A DNA stretch of 64,000 nt. Origin: Nitrospirota bacterium. Lineage in GTDB: Bacteria > Nitrospirota > Nitrospiria > Nitrospirales > Nitrospiraceae. A program made the position numbers and the translations under genes. Where the stretch lies: the NCBI GenBank assembly GCA_041178465.1, contig JBEGVJ010000018.1:960-64959 (forward strand). The letters are read 5' to 3'. The notes beneath the pieces were generated by a model. It searched no databases. It saw only the letters and a list, made by a program, of their open reading frames with translations, and was not told where the DNA came from. Shown one piece after another: positions 29,795-38,229 of this stretch. The stretch's first letter is position 1; each line of letters begins with the position of its first letter.

Positions 29795-30728
29795 TGAACG
29801 TGGCATTGCCCTCCTCCTCACCCTCCTGGTTTTAACCCTCCTGGTCGCGCTGATTCTTGAGTTCGATGCCGAGGCGAGGCGGGAATATCGCGATGCGGCA
29901 GCGTTTCGCGATAACTTCAAAGCGACTGTGCTCGCACGCGCAGCGGTGCAGGCAGCCCGTGGCGTCTTGCAACAAGACTTCATGAAGGATAAGCAAACGG
30001 GAGAGTTCTTCGACGCCCCCACCGACTTATGGGCCTTTCCCATCACGAATTATGCGATCGGCGATGGTCTGCTGAGCGCGCAGATTGAGGATGAACGGGG
30101 CAAGCTGAACCTCAACGACTTGGCGGCCGGCGGAGATCCCACTGCCAGAAAAAGTAAGGTGCAGAGGGTCAAGCGGCTCTTTGAACTGGTGCAGGTCAAT
30201 CCGGATCTGGTCGATGCCATTGTCGACTGGGTGGATCAGGATGAGGTGCCGGAACCGGCAGGAGCAGAGAGCCTCTACTACCAAACACAGCGTCCCTCCT
30301 ACCGCGCAGCCAACGCTCCGCTGCACACGCTCCTAGAGTTGCGGCTGATCAAGGGGATCACGTCCGAGATTATCGAGAAGCTCTCAAGGGTGGTGACCGT
30401 CTATCCGCAAGAAGGAGAAAGCCGGGTGAATCTGAACACCGCCGACCCCCTTGTGCTGCAGGCGCTCGATCCTCGGATCACCCAAAGCATGGCGGCGGAT
30501 ATCATCCAGGCGCGTCCCTTCAAAACCGTACAGGACCTGGATCGCGTCAGCAGTTTTGAAGCGATTGGAAAAGAACTCCGTCTCAAAAATCTCTACGACA
30601 TTAAGAGCGACCTGTTCCTGGCCCGCATGATCGTGGGTGTGAACGAAGTGACCAAGAGCGCGACCGTGGTGCTCCGGCGTGATCCAGGCACTGGTGCAGG
30701 CACGGTGCTGTACTACCGCGTGCTCTAA
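29781..30728 (+). CDS. gspK: Minor pseudopilin GspK
   Basis: ORF track 315 aa. The N-terminus is ERGIALLLTLLVLTLLVALILE, and GspK-like helix-hairpin-helix regions are present (LHTLLELRLIKGIT). Confidence 0.8.
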   Translation: MRRSDERGIALLLTLLVLTLLVALILEFDAEARREYRDAAAFRDNFKATVLARAAVQAARGVLQQDFMKDKQTGEFFDAPTDLWAFPITNYAIGDGLLSAQIEDERGKLNLNDLAAGGDPTARKSKVQRVKRLFELVQVNPDLVDAIVDWVDQDEVPEPAGAESLYYQTQRPSYRAANAPLHTLLELRLIKGITSEIIEKLSRVVTVYPQEGESRVNLNTADPLVLQALDPRITQSMAADIIQARPFKTVQDLDRVSSFEAIGKELRLKNLYDIKSDLFLARMIVGVNEVTKSATVVLRRDPGTGAGTVLYYRVL

Positions 30729-30767
30729 CCGCCCGCTCGCAGTTCATCGCTCCCCCTCCCCCTCAAA

Positions 30768-30796
30768 AGTTAACAATTCTGTAACACAGCCGTCAC
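30768..30796 (+). promoter_or_regulatory. Candidate Pho box (three 7-mers at 11-bp phasing)
   Basis: The sequence AGTTAAC-aatt-CTGTAAC-acag-CCGTCAC compares with the E. coli PhoB consensus CTGTCAT-N4-CTGTCAC. It lies about 90 nt upstream of the porin start. Confidence 0.45.
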
Positions 30797-30887
30797 GGAT
30801 TCTTTATCTGAATCCTGGATAGTCTCCCCTGACGAGACTATGTGCTCACTGACTTGCATAAATTCATAGAGGAAGGGAGGACGAAGC

Positions 30888-32393
30888 GTGCACATCTGGA
30901 AACTTCTACAGCAACCGAAGAATAGAGGTGCGGTCTATTCATGGGCAATCGTGCAACGAGCCTCCATTGCGTGCATGATTCTGACTTTAGGTGTCAACGG
31001 CATCCCGGATGCAGTTGCGGCAGAGCCCGAGGCCATCGGCCCTCAATATGGTTTGACCGCCACCCCTGTCGCCGACACAAGCCAACGGGCAGGTGCCGGT
31101 CAGCGAGTCACCATCGAAAGCACCAATCTCGAAAGTCTCCTCTTGGAAAAAGGCCTCATTACCCAAGATGACTGGATTCGCCTGAAAGCGGAAGAAGAAC
31201 GCCGCGTCTTCGAGCAAACGCCGGAGATGCAGATGGCCGGTAACCCACGCTGGTATGAGCGCATCCGGATCAGTGGGTACACCCAATTTCGTATCTCCAC
31301 CGGACCCACAGACGGCAAGATGAGCATCCCTCAGGGCGATAGCAATGCAACCCACCATCCACGTGAGTTCTACTTCCGACGCATTCGTCTCGTGTTCCAA
31401 GGGCAGGTTTCAGAACGGCTGGCCTTCTTTCTTCAAGGTGCGTTCGAGGGAGACGGCCAGCTGACCTCCAATCGGGAAATCATCGACGCCTACGGCGACT
31501 ACTACCTGACAAAAGACAAGGTCCACCGCCTGCGGGTTGGCATGCACCGGGTGCCGAACTCGTTCGACACCTACAGATCAAGCACGAATCGGCAGGAACT
31601 CGACCGGCATGAATCAGTTCAAAGCGGCGCGCCGGGAGAGCGGGATCTCGGCATTGCGTATTACTGGAGTCCCAAAGTCGCCCAAGAACGGTTTGCCCAA
31701 TTGGCGGCCTATCACAACGGGCCTGGTGACTATGGGGTCTTCGGCGTCATGGTCTACAACGGGCAAGGTCGCAACAAGGCAGAATTGAACGGCGACAAAC
31801 ATGTCGGCGTACGATTGGCCTACCCATTTGAATTGCCGAACGGGCGACTCCTGGAAACAGGCGTGATGGCCTTTCGTGGGATTTACTCAGTCACCGGCGC
31901 CGGCTCTCCTACCAGCGTCACTTCCGCGGCGAAGTGTCAGGATGCCTTAAATAAGGAGGGGGGCTGCGACGTCAACGATCAGCGCATTACGGCCTATCTG
32001 TGGACGCCGCCGCAACCTTGGGGACTCCTTGCCGAGGGTACGATCGGACGTAATGCAAAGCGGAATGCGCTCAATAATACCATTGAAGAAGCGTCGCTCC
32101 GAGGCGGCTATGTGCAAGGGTACTATACCTGGCAATATTCGGATGTCGCCCAGCTCACGCCCTATGTGCGATACGGTGAATATTATGGTGGGATCAAATC
32201 GATCGCCGGCGCGCCAGACGGCCAATCGCGCACCTGGAACTTCGGCCTGGTCTGGGAACCGGACACCCACTGGAGGTTTGTCACCGAACTCATGTTGAAG
32301 GATGGCCTCAACGAAACTCTGGTGCGCAATCAGGGGCAGGATCAATTCGATGCCTCCCTGTTGCGATTCCAAGCCCAATTCTTCTTTAATTAG
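30888..32393 (+). CDS. Phosphate-selective porin O/P family outer-membrane protein
   Basis: ORF track 501 aa. A GTG start is preceded by GGAAGGGAGG. It has a signal peptide, beta-barrel-like alternating sequence and a terminal F. FYFRRIRLVFQG is typical of Porin_O_P as I remember it. Confidence 0.7.
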   Translation: MHIWKLLQQPKNRGAVYSWAIVQRASIACMILTLGVNGIPDAVAAEPEAIGPQYGLTATPVADTSQRAGAGQRVTIESTNLESLLLEKGLITQDDWIRLKAEEERRVFEQTPEMQMAGNPRWYERIRISGYTQFRISTGPTDGKMSIPQGDSNATHHPREFYFRRIRLVFQGQVSERLAFFLQGAFEGDGQLTSNREIIDAYGDYYLTKDKVHRLRVGMHRVPNSFDTYRSSTNRQELDRHESVQSGAPGERDLGIAYYWSPKVAQERFAQLAAYHNGPGDYGVFGVMVYNGQGRNKAELNGDKHVGVRLAYPFELPNGRLLETGVMAFRGIYSVTGAGSPTSVTSAAKCQDALNKEGGCDVNDQRITAYLWTPPQPWGLLAEGTIGRNAKRNALNNTIEEASLRGGYVQGYYTWQYSDVAQLTPYVRYGEYYGGIKSIAGAPDGQSRTWNFGLVWEPDTHWRFVTELMLKDGLNETLVRNQGQDQFDASLLRFQAQFFFN

Positions 32394-32425
32394 TAGAACC
32401 GTCTTAATCGCGAAGAGAGGAAACG

Positions 32426-33550
32426 ATGATGACACATACGATACAACAGCGGATCTGCCCTGCCCGTTCGGCACAATGTCTGGCCCTTATGCTCGCTCTG
32501 ACCTCATGGTGCGTAGAGGGTGGAACCGCGTTGGCAGAGCAGGTGAATCTCCTGGCGCAATCGGGGAGTGACTCGATCACGGAACAGTACCAGCCTGTTC
32601 AAGGAATCAGCGGGCGCGTCACCATTGTCGGGTCGGATACGATGCAGCCTCTCATGGCGAAACTCGCCGCCACATTCAGGGCATTGCAACCCAACACGAA
32701 GTTCGGTGTCGAAGGACATGGGTCGAGTGAAGCCATACGCGAATTCATGCTGGGCCTGTCCCTCCAATTCCGCGGGGACAAGTCAGGGGGCGGAGGCACG
32801 CAAGGCGCCAGCAGTTCGGATTTATTGGCTTCATCCCGCCCCCTCACCGACCAGGAACGAAAGGGGTTTGCCAGCCGTCATGGGTACGAACCGATCGGCA
32901 TTCCCATCGCGATGGATGCCGTGGCCATCTATGTACACAACGACAACCCGATTGAACGTCTGACGCTCGAACAAATCGACGGCCTCTTTAGCTCCACCTT
33001 GAAGCGAAGCAAGGGCGAACGCCTCACAACCTGGGGCCAGGTGGGGCTCAAAGATCGCTGGAGTCAACAGCCGATTCATCTCTATGGACGAAACAAGAAG
33101 TCCGGGACCCGTGAGTTTTTTAAGCAGGTGGCATTGATCGACGGCGAACTCCATGACGACGTGCAGGAACAGCCTGGATCGGCATCGGAGATCCTGGCCA
33201 TCGCTCAAGATCCTCTCGCGGTCGGCTATGCCGGTGTGGGATTCCAAAGTTCAATGGTCCGCATTGTCCCGCTTGCACATGAGGCAGAAGGGGCAGCGAT
33301 CCTGCCCAGCGCTGAAAACGTAGCCAGCGGTCTGTATCCGCTGGCCAGACCGCTCTACCTGTATGTGAACAAAAATCCGAAAGAAAAACTCGACCCTGTG
33401 GTGTCGGAGTTTTTGAAGTTTCTGAATAGTCGCCAGGGGCAGGAGACCGTGGCCCGAGCAAATTTCTATCCATTGACAGCCGCGCAGATTTCCAAGAACC
33501 TTGAACTCCTCGGACAGAGTCTTGTGACGGCGCGATACGATGCGCGCTGA
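32426..33550 (+). CDS. pstS: PstS-family periplasmic phosphate-binding protein
   Basis: ORF track 374 aa. It has a signal peptide, and PBP-like regions GSDTMQPL, GSSEAI and KKSGTREFF resemble the PstS/PhoT family. Confidence 0.75.
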   Translation: MMTHTIQQRICPARSAQCLALMLALTSWCVEGGTALAEQVNLLAQSGSDSITEQYQPVQGISGRVTIVGSDTMQPLMAKLAATFRALQPNTKFGVEGHGSSEAIREFMLGLSLQFRGDKSGGGGTQGASSSDLLASSRPLTDQERKGFASRHGYEPIGIPIAMDAVAIYVHNDNPIERLTLEQIDGLFSSTLKRSKGERLTTWGQVGLKDRWSQQPIHLYGRNKKSGTREFFKQVALIDGELHDDVQEQPGSASEILAIAQDPLAVGYAGVGFQSSMVRIVPLAHEAEGAAILPSAENVASGLYPLARPLYLYVNKNPKEKLDPVVSEFLKFLNSRQGQETVARANFYPLTAAQISKNLELLGQSLVTARYDAR

Positions 33551-33606
33551 CACCCTCTCTCCATTCTGCTATCGTGCGGACATGAGTTGAGTCGGGAGGG
33601 ATCAAT

Positions 33607-34290
33607 ATGCAGGCGTGGAAGATTTTGCTGTTAGGTGTCGTCGTGTCGCTCACGGTCGGGTGCACGACTGCTCCGCCTCCGCGCGCTGTGTATCAAGACA
33701 ATGCGACGGCCATCAGGATTCAGTTGGATAGCAAGGCTGCCAAAGGCCACAGCCATCCGGCTCAGATCAGCCCCGATGTGATCCGATACATCCTCAATGG
33801 TGTGCGGATTCAGTCACGAAAGTCGGTCGTCCCTTCCATCATCATCGGGGAAGTGCCACTGGTCGCAGCCTTCTCCAAAGAGGAACAGGCGCGCTTGGCT
33901 CCCCATTTGAGTCACGCGTTGGCAGAGGCGAAGCCGGGAGAAGTTGTCACGTTTTATCAGCGCGTCTCCACTTTAGCCGGAGGGCTGGCCATTACGTCGG
34001 GTGGTCTCTTTGTCCATGGCCAGCATCTGTATGTGATTCTGGCAAACGACCGCACCTTGCCCTCTGAAGGCATGAGCCAGAGTATCGTATCCGAGATCGA
34101 TCCTGTCGAGAACCCGCTCCTCCCGATCAGCCGGACGAGCTTTCGCGCCACATTTGTGTCGGCGACGTCTATCGTGCCGGCAGATGAGCGATGGGCCTGG
34201 CCCTATATTGACGAAGGCCGTGTCGTAGTGTTGGATCTTGTCCAGGTCGCTCGAGAGATCAAATCAGGCCATTCCATCTCCCATCCATGA
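33607..34290 (+). CDS. Hypothetical lipoprotein
   Basis: ORF track 227 aa. Lipobox LTVGC. GGGAGGG precedes the ATG. Confidence 0.6.
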   Translation: MQAWKILLLGVVVSLTVGCTTAPPPRAVYQDNATAIRIQLDSKAAKGHSHPAQISPDVIRYILNGVRIQSRKSVVPSIIIGEVPLVAAFSKEEQARLAPHLSHALAEAKPGEVVTFYQRVSTLAGGLAITSGGLFVHGQHLYVILANDRTLPSEGMSQSIVSEIDPVENPLLPISRTSFRATFVSATSIVPADERWAWPYIDEGRVVVLDLVQVAREIKSGHSISHP

Positions 34291-34418
34291 CAACCGACTA
34301 GCCTGGCAGTACCCGATCAAGAATGTTCGCACTCAGCGTGAGTCTCAACATGCTGGCCGCCAGCATTGTCCTAACAGGCTGGGTGGCTCCGAATGTGAAG
34401 GCCACGTTTAACCCGGAC

Positions 34419-34458
34419 AATGAAGCTCCCCCGCAGCTTGCTGCGGGGGAGCTTCATT
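34419..34458. other. Perfect 18-bp inverted repeat with a 4-nt loop
   Basis: AATGAAGCTCCCCCGCAG-cttg-CTGCGGGGGAGCTTCATT. There is no U-tract on either strand. It lies in a roughly 400-nt stretch with no convincing ORF. Confidence 0.8.
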
Positions 34459-34689
34459 GAAGGAGTTGTGCGTGTGAACGTCCAGTGGGCAGATGCCGGG
34501 CAGCCGCAACAAATCAATCGATGACCGGCACGTTCGACATACCGCGATAGTTCACCGATCCCTCGCATTCGTCTCTCGAACAAGCAGTTGCGCTCCTGAC
34601 CGGTCATGAGCGAACGGCCACGCATTCGGTAAGGCGTTGGCGGTGAGAGGATTAATTTACTGGGAGTGAACGCTGAAGAAAGAGTGTGG

Positions 34690-34956
34690 CTATGCCGCGA
34701 AATCTGCGAAAAAAAGCGTGTAGCTGAATTGGTAGCGGCGCAGGACGATCTTGTTGCCTCGGGCGAGTTGGTCGACACGGAGGAAGATTTGATTCCAGCT
34801 GTATTGAGGCATGAGGCAGACGAGCGAGTCCAGGCTGATGACCGTCTGCTCATGGAGGTGGTCGAGAATGGTTGCTGTGAGCGCATCGGTATCTGCACGC
34901 TCCCTACGCATCCGATAAACTTCCGGTCCTGATTCAAGAAGAGAACTCATCGACAT
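34690..34956 (-). CDS. Hypothetical small protein (possibly winged-helix-like)
   Basis: ORF track 88 aa. It lies 18 nt downstream of the preceding minus-strand gene. Its composition looks protein-like, but I recognise no motif. Confidence 0.3.
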   Translation of the reverse strand: MSMSSLLESGPEVYRMRRERADTDALTATILDHLHEQTVISLDSLVCLMPQYSWNQIFLRVDQLARGNKIVLRRYQFSYTLFFADFAA

Positions 34957-34974
34957 AGATACCGCCTGGTGAAA

Positions 34975-35490
34975 TTATGGAAATGATGGCCCTGGTTGAT
35001 TGGCCTGTTGTGTGAACGTCGTTGGCGTCGGGCTGTATCGGATGGCCACGATACGCATGAGCCCCAGCGTGATGACGATGCCTCCCAGTATTGCAAATTG
35101 ATGCCACTCCCCGCCCGTGAACCACCGGGAGATGATCTCCGTCAGCATGACGACGAGCACGGTGTCCACGATAAATGTGACGCGCACTCGCCCGTCTGAA
35201 CAGTAGGTCAGCGTCGTTCTCAGGACTTCCACGACCGCAAGCAAGGTGAGCGCATCGACAATAATGTGTCGGAGCGCGACCTCAAGATCGGCGGACAGAA
35301 GCAGCCGCAGGTCGAGAAACGTTTTGACGACGCCACCCGCCAAACCAATGAGGATTGTCAGGGTCAGCAGGCTCAAGATGAATCGTGTGCCCGCCTCCCA
35401 GACACGTGTGAAGTCGTAGGCGGTGAACGTAATGATGAATCGCCTGGGCCAGCCGTTCGACAGAGTCTGTTCCATCGAGGTTTGTGTCAT
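34975..35490 (-). CDS. Integral membrane protein, possibly PsiE (phosphate-starvation-inducible) family
   Basis: ORF track 34975..35613. I place the start at MTQTSMEQ. It has four hydrophobic segments. The resemblance to PsiE is from memory only. Confidence 0.4.
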   Translation of the reverse strand: MTQTSMEQTLSNGWPRRFIITFTAYDFTRVWEAGTRFILSLLTLTILIGLAGGVVKTFLDLRLLLSADLEVALRHIIVDALTLLAVVEVLRTTLTYCSDGRVRVTFIVDTVLVVMLTEIISRWFTGGEWHQFAILGGIVITLGLMRIVAIRYSPTPTTFTQQANQPGPSFP

Positions 35491-35494
35491 AGCG

Positions 35495-35620
35495 TTACTC
35501 GTGCCTCGAAAAGACGTTCTGGACATCTCGACCGAGTGAAACGATGAACAGCATGACTCCGAGTACGAGCGAGAAACGCACGCCCATTGCAAAGAGTGAT
35601 GTGAAGAGACCAAATGCCAT
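35495..35620 (-). CDS. Possible 41-aa membrane miniprotein
   Basis: An internal ATG of ORF 35495..35731 is preceded by AAAGGGGA. The hydrophobic sequence is MAFGLFTSLFAMGVRFSLVLGVMLFIV. Confidence 0.3.
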   Translation of the reverse strand: MAFGLFTSLFAMGVRFSLVLGVMLFIVSLGRDVQNVFSRHE

Positions 35621-35672
35621 ATCGACGAATCCCCTTTCTTCTGATAGATCGTGTGATGCGAGCCACGAACCC

Positions 35673-36056
35673 CTAAAACTCATCGATGGAGACCGGATGC
35701 AACAGGTCACGCACCGATAAGATCCCCACAATCGCGTCGCCCTTGAATACGGCTAAATGGCGTGTCCCGTGCTGTTCCATCAGATCGGCCGCTTCGGTCA
35801 CAGATCGGCGGCCGTCGATGCCGATGACCGGACTGCTCATGATCTCTTCCACCGGGATGTAAAAAGGCACCCGCTCTGTCCCGACGACTTTCCGGACAAT
35901 ATCCGGCTCCGTCACGATGCCGACAATGCGGTTCTTCTGCTTCACGAACACGCTTCCGATTTTATGGTTCTTCATGAGCTTTGCCGCCTCAATAGCTGAG
36001 GTGCCTGCTTCGATATTCACCATGTGGCGAGTCATGAGCCGATCAACTGTGATCAT
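35673..36056 (-). CDS. CBS-domain pair protein
   Basis: ORF track 127 aa. Two CBS-like repeats (MTRHMVNIEAGTS...GIVTEPDIVRKV and IMSSPVIGID...GILSVRDLL). Confidence 0.8.
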   Translation of the reverse strand: MITVDRLMTRHMVNIEAGTSAIEAAKLMKNHKIGSVFVKQKNRIVGIVTEPDIVRKVVGTERVPFYIPVEEIMSSPVIGIDGRRSVTEAADLMEQHGTRHLAVFKGDAIVGILSVRDLLHPVSIDEF

Positions 36057-36361
36057 AGGGCCTCCCTTGGTTGTGTGAATGTCGTCGGATTCAAGTCAAT
36101 GGAGCGATCGAAGGACGCTGCGCACTGCGGGCAAATAGTGGCATCCATGTTTCGGCCAGATGTAATCATCGTGGTGCAGTGCTGCCCTGCCTGCATTCGA
36201 AGAAGAGGAAAGATGACTCGTGCCCGCATGGCCAATAATGTCTGAATGGCTCGAGCGATCGGCAGGGCGAGCAACAGCGTCACCGCAAGCACGAACAGAT
36301 ACGCGTCGGTGTTTTTCATGGCCTGCTCCAGGGGCGGTGTGAATGTTTTCTGCATATTCAT
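36053..36361 (-). CDS. Hypothetical membrane protein
   Basis: ORF track 102 aa. Its stop overlaps the CBS gene start (ATGA). It has one TM segment. Confidence 0.4.
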   Translation of the reverse strand: MNMQKTFTPPLEQAMKNTDAYLFVLAVTLLLALPIARAIQTLLAMRARVIFPLLRMQAGQHCTTMITSGRNMDATICPQCAASFDRSIDLNPTTFTQPREAL

Positions 36362-36579
36362 GTGCCGTTACTGTACCCATGGGACATTCCAGTCCGGTGA
36401 ACTCCTCGTAAACAGTATGTAAATTGTGTATCGCGCTGAGCGATCGCGTTGGTTTGCTGTTGCGTGAATGGCCGATCGCTCCAGTTCACGCCGGAGTGGG
36501 CATGGTCAGCAATTGACGCAGATGCGCGTGAACGGAGGACTTTCGATGAAGAGAAGAGGGAGAAATGACGGAACGGCTG

Positions 36580-36813
36580 TTATCGTTCGATCAACCGCCA
36601 GCCTTCCTTTTGGATACAGCGTTCAGTGGCGTTAATGAGAAGGAGTTGACTGCCCTGCTGCAGTTTGGGATCACGCGCGGCGTCTTGCTGGCATTTATTA
36701 TAATCGGTGGTGAACGCGTCCCCTGGTTTATTGGGGTGAACCCATTCAGTTGAGGAGCAGGCGGTGAGGAGGAGTCCAACCACGATCAAGGGCCATCTTG
36801 AGATCCTGTGCAT
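36580..36813 (-). CDS. Small lipoprotein
   Basis: ORF track 77 aa. Lipobox LLLTAC. Confidence 0.55.
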   Translation of the reverse strand: MHRISRWPLIVVGLLLTACSSTEWVHPNKPGDAFTTDYNKCQQDAARDPKLQQGSQLLLINATERCIQKEGWRLIER

Positions 36814-36890
36814 GAGGTCCTCCCCAATGAATGAATTCTAGTGGCAAGATAAACCTCTCGCCGGGGAATCGTCAAGCGTATGAGCCTCTC

Positions 36891-36919
36891 TTGACAGGCT
36901 CATATGTAGTTGTTAGGTT
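36891..36919 (+). promoter_or_regulatory. Candidate promoter of tRNA-Thr (TTGACA-N17-TAGGTT)
   Basis: The plus strand reads TTGACAggctcatatgtagttgtTAGGTT, 44 nt upstream of the tRNA 5' end. Confidence 0.4.
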
Positions 36920-36954
36920 TTCGGGCAACGCGTGCGGCACATGCGCACCGTACT

Positions 36955-38229
36955 TCATTCAGGCTGGCGTAGCTCAATGGCAGAGCAGCGGTTTTGTAAA
37001 CCGCAGGTTGGAGGTTCAATTCCTCTCGCCAGCTCCATCACTTCCGCTGACGATTCAACCACTTTGCGTCTTACAGCACTCCTGCTCTCCCCCCTCAATT
37101 CAGCCAGTGTAACTGCGAATGTAACTGTCTGCTGCTCGAAGTAGGCCGACAAGGACCGTGCGGCCTGTTCCAGGTCCTTCTCGTTCACAATGTTATACCG
37201 GTCAAAGACACTCCTTGTTTTGTGCCCGGAAATTGCCATCGCCACCTTTTCAGGCACTCCGGCCCGCACCATGTTCCGCACGGCGGTTCGTCGGAAATCG
37301 TGAGGAATCTTGCCCTGCCAGACCTTGTGGCCTTTCGTGGCATCCTTCACCATTTGTCCGACCCCGACCACCTCACACGCCTTTCTCCAGGAATGCTTCA
37401 AGCTTTGTAGGCGAATCCCGCCTCGGTGACAGATCCACGGGCAAGCAGGCCACTTCCTGTCACAGCGGGTTTTCCACGCTTGCAGGACCCGATAGAGGTC
37501 CCCTGTGAGGTACAGAACGCGGGGAGTATTGGTCTTGGTGTCTTGGGCCTGTAAATACAGCTTCCCTTCCGTCCAGTTCACCTGCCGCCATTGCAGCGAA
37601 CAGACTTCACCCATTCTCATCCCGCTGTAGTAGGCAAGACTGGCGGCGACTTGACCGTAATCGGGCAACGCCCCACGAAGCGCAAGAAAATCTTCGTGCT
37701 CGAAGAAGCCTGATCGAATGTTGTGCTCTTTCAACGAGGGAATATGTGGAACACGAGCCACCAATTGGGGCGTTTGTTGGAACCCAAGCCGAAACATCCG
37801 CTTCAGGCACCCCAGTTCACGATTGATGGTGCCATTCGCCGCGCCCTGATGTTGACGCTTCACGATGTACGCCTTGATTCGCTCTGTCGTGATACTGGTC
37901 GCGCGCATCTTCTTGAAAAACGTCTTCAAGTGGCTCACGTACTCATCCTCACGTCGTAACGTCTTTCGTTTATTGATCTGGTAGTCTTGTCTCACCAGGG
38001 CCGCAAGATCCTCGAAGCGGATACGCTCGATCCTTGGCCCCCGATACAGGCCTGAAGCCACCACGCCTTCTTTTTCTTTTAAGAGTCTCTTGGCCTCAAC
38101 CCGATCGAACGTCCGTGTGCTTTCCTGAATGGGCCTCCCGTCAACGTAGTACTGCATCCAGTGAGGACCCGTCTCAACCAAGAGTCCCGTTACCGGATCC
38201 CTCGTCTTCCGGCGGTAGATCGTTCCCAT
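36955..38229 (-). CDS. int: Tyrosine recombinase (phage-type integrase); the ORF tail runs antisense through tRNA-Thr
   Basis: ORF track 36955..38256. I place the start at MGTIYRRKT (GGGAGG upstream). The catalytic region reads HDFRRTAVRNM...GHKTRSVFDRYNIV. No stop occurs until 36955, so the last roughly 60 aa are att/tRNA-antisense encoded. Confidence 0.85.
   Translation of the reverse strand: MGTIYRRKTRDPVTGLLVETGPHWMQYYVDGRPIQESTRTFDRVEAKRLLKEKEGVVASGLYRGPRIERIRFEDLAALVRQDYQINKRKTLRREDEYVSHLKTFFKKMRATSITTERIKAYIVKRQHQGAANGTINRELGCLKRMFRLGFQQTPQLVARVPHIPSLKEHNIRSGFFEHEDFLALRGALPDYGQVAASLAYYSGMRMGEVCSLQWRQVNWTEGKLYLQAQDTKTNTPRVLYLTGDLYRVLQAWKTRCDRKWPACPWICHRGGIRLQSLKHSWRKACEVVGVGQMVKDATKGHKVWQGKIPHDFRRTAVRNMVRAGVPEKVAMAISGHKTRSVFDRYNIVNEKDLEQAARSLSAYFEQQTVTFAVTLAELRGESRSAVRRKVVESSAEVMELARGIEPPTCGLQNRCSAIELRQPE
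36963..37037 (+). tRNA. tRNA-Thr (anticodon UGU), CCA encoded
   Basis: I folded the cloverleaf by hand: acceptor GCTGGCG/CGCCAGC, D stem GCTC/GAGC, anticodon stem GCGGT/ACCGC with loop TTTGTAA, T arm GGAGG-TTCAATT-CCTCT, discriminator T, then CCA. Confidence 0.9.
36992..37086 (+). repeat. attL: 95-bp direct repeat (3' 46 nt of tRNA-Thr plus 49 nt downstream)
   Basis: 91 of 95 positions are identical to 42438..42532 by hand alignment. Confidence 0.9.
37107..37128 (+). promoter_or_regulatory. Candidate integrase arm-type site pair (GTGTAAC-N7-TGTAAC), left end
   Basis: GTGTAACTGCGAATGTAACTGT matches 42286..42307 (GTGTAACGGAAAATGTAACCGT) at 18 of 22 positions in the same orientation. Confidence 0.35.

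Noticed and set aside
27506-30046. Long minus-strand ORFs 27506..28177, 28692..29240 and 29228..30046 inside the T2SS cluster
   Set aside because: They are antisense to gspL/gspM/gspK, which have clear family features and translational coupling. The antisense products are Arg/Ser/Ala-rich.
30888-32393. The 501-aa outer-membrane protein after gspK as the missing secretin
   Set aside because: The sequence looks like a 16-18-strand porin of the O/P family (FYFRRIRL..., terminal F). It has no secretin or N0-N3 domain features and is followed by pstS.
34371-34937. 188-aa minus-strand ORF across the gap after the lipoprotein gene
   Set aside because: It is Ser/Arg/Thr-rich with low complexity, it would have to encode the perfect 40-nt palindrome, and it overlaps a more plausible 88-aa ORF in another frame.
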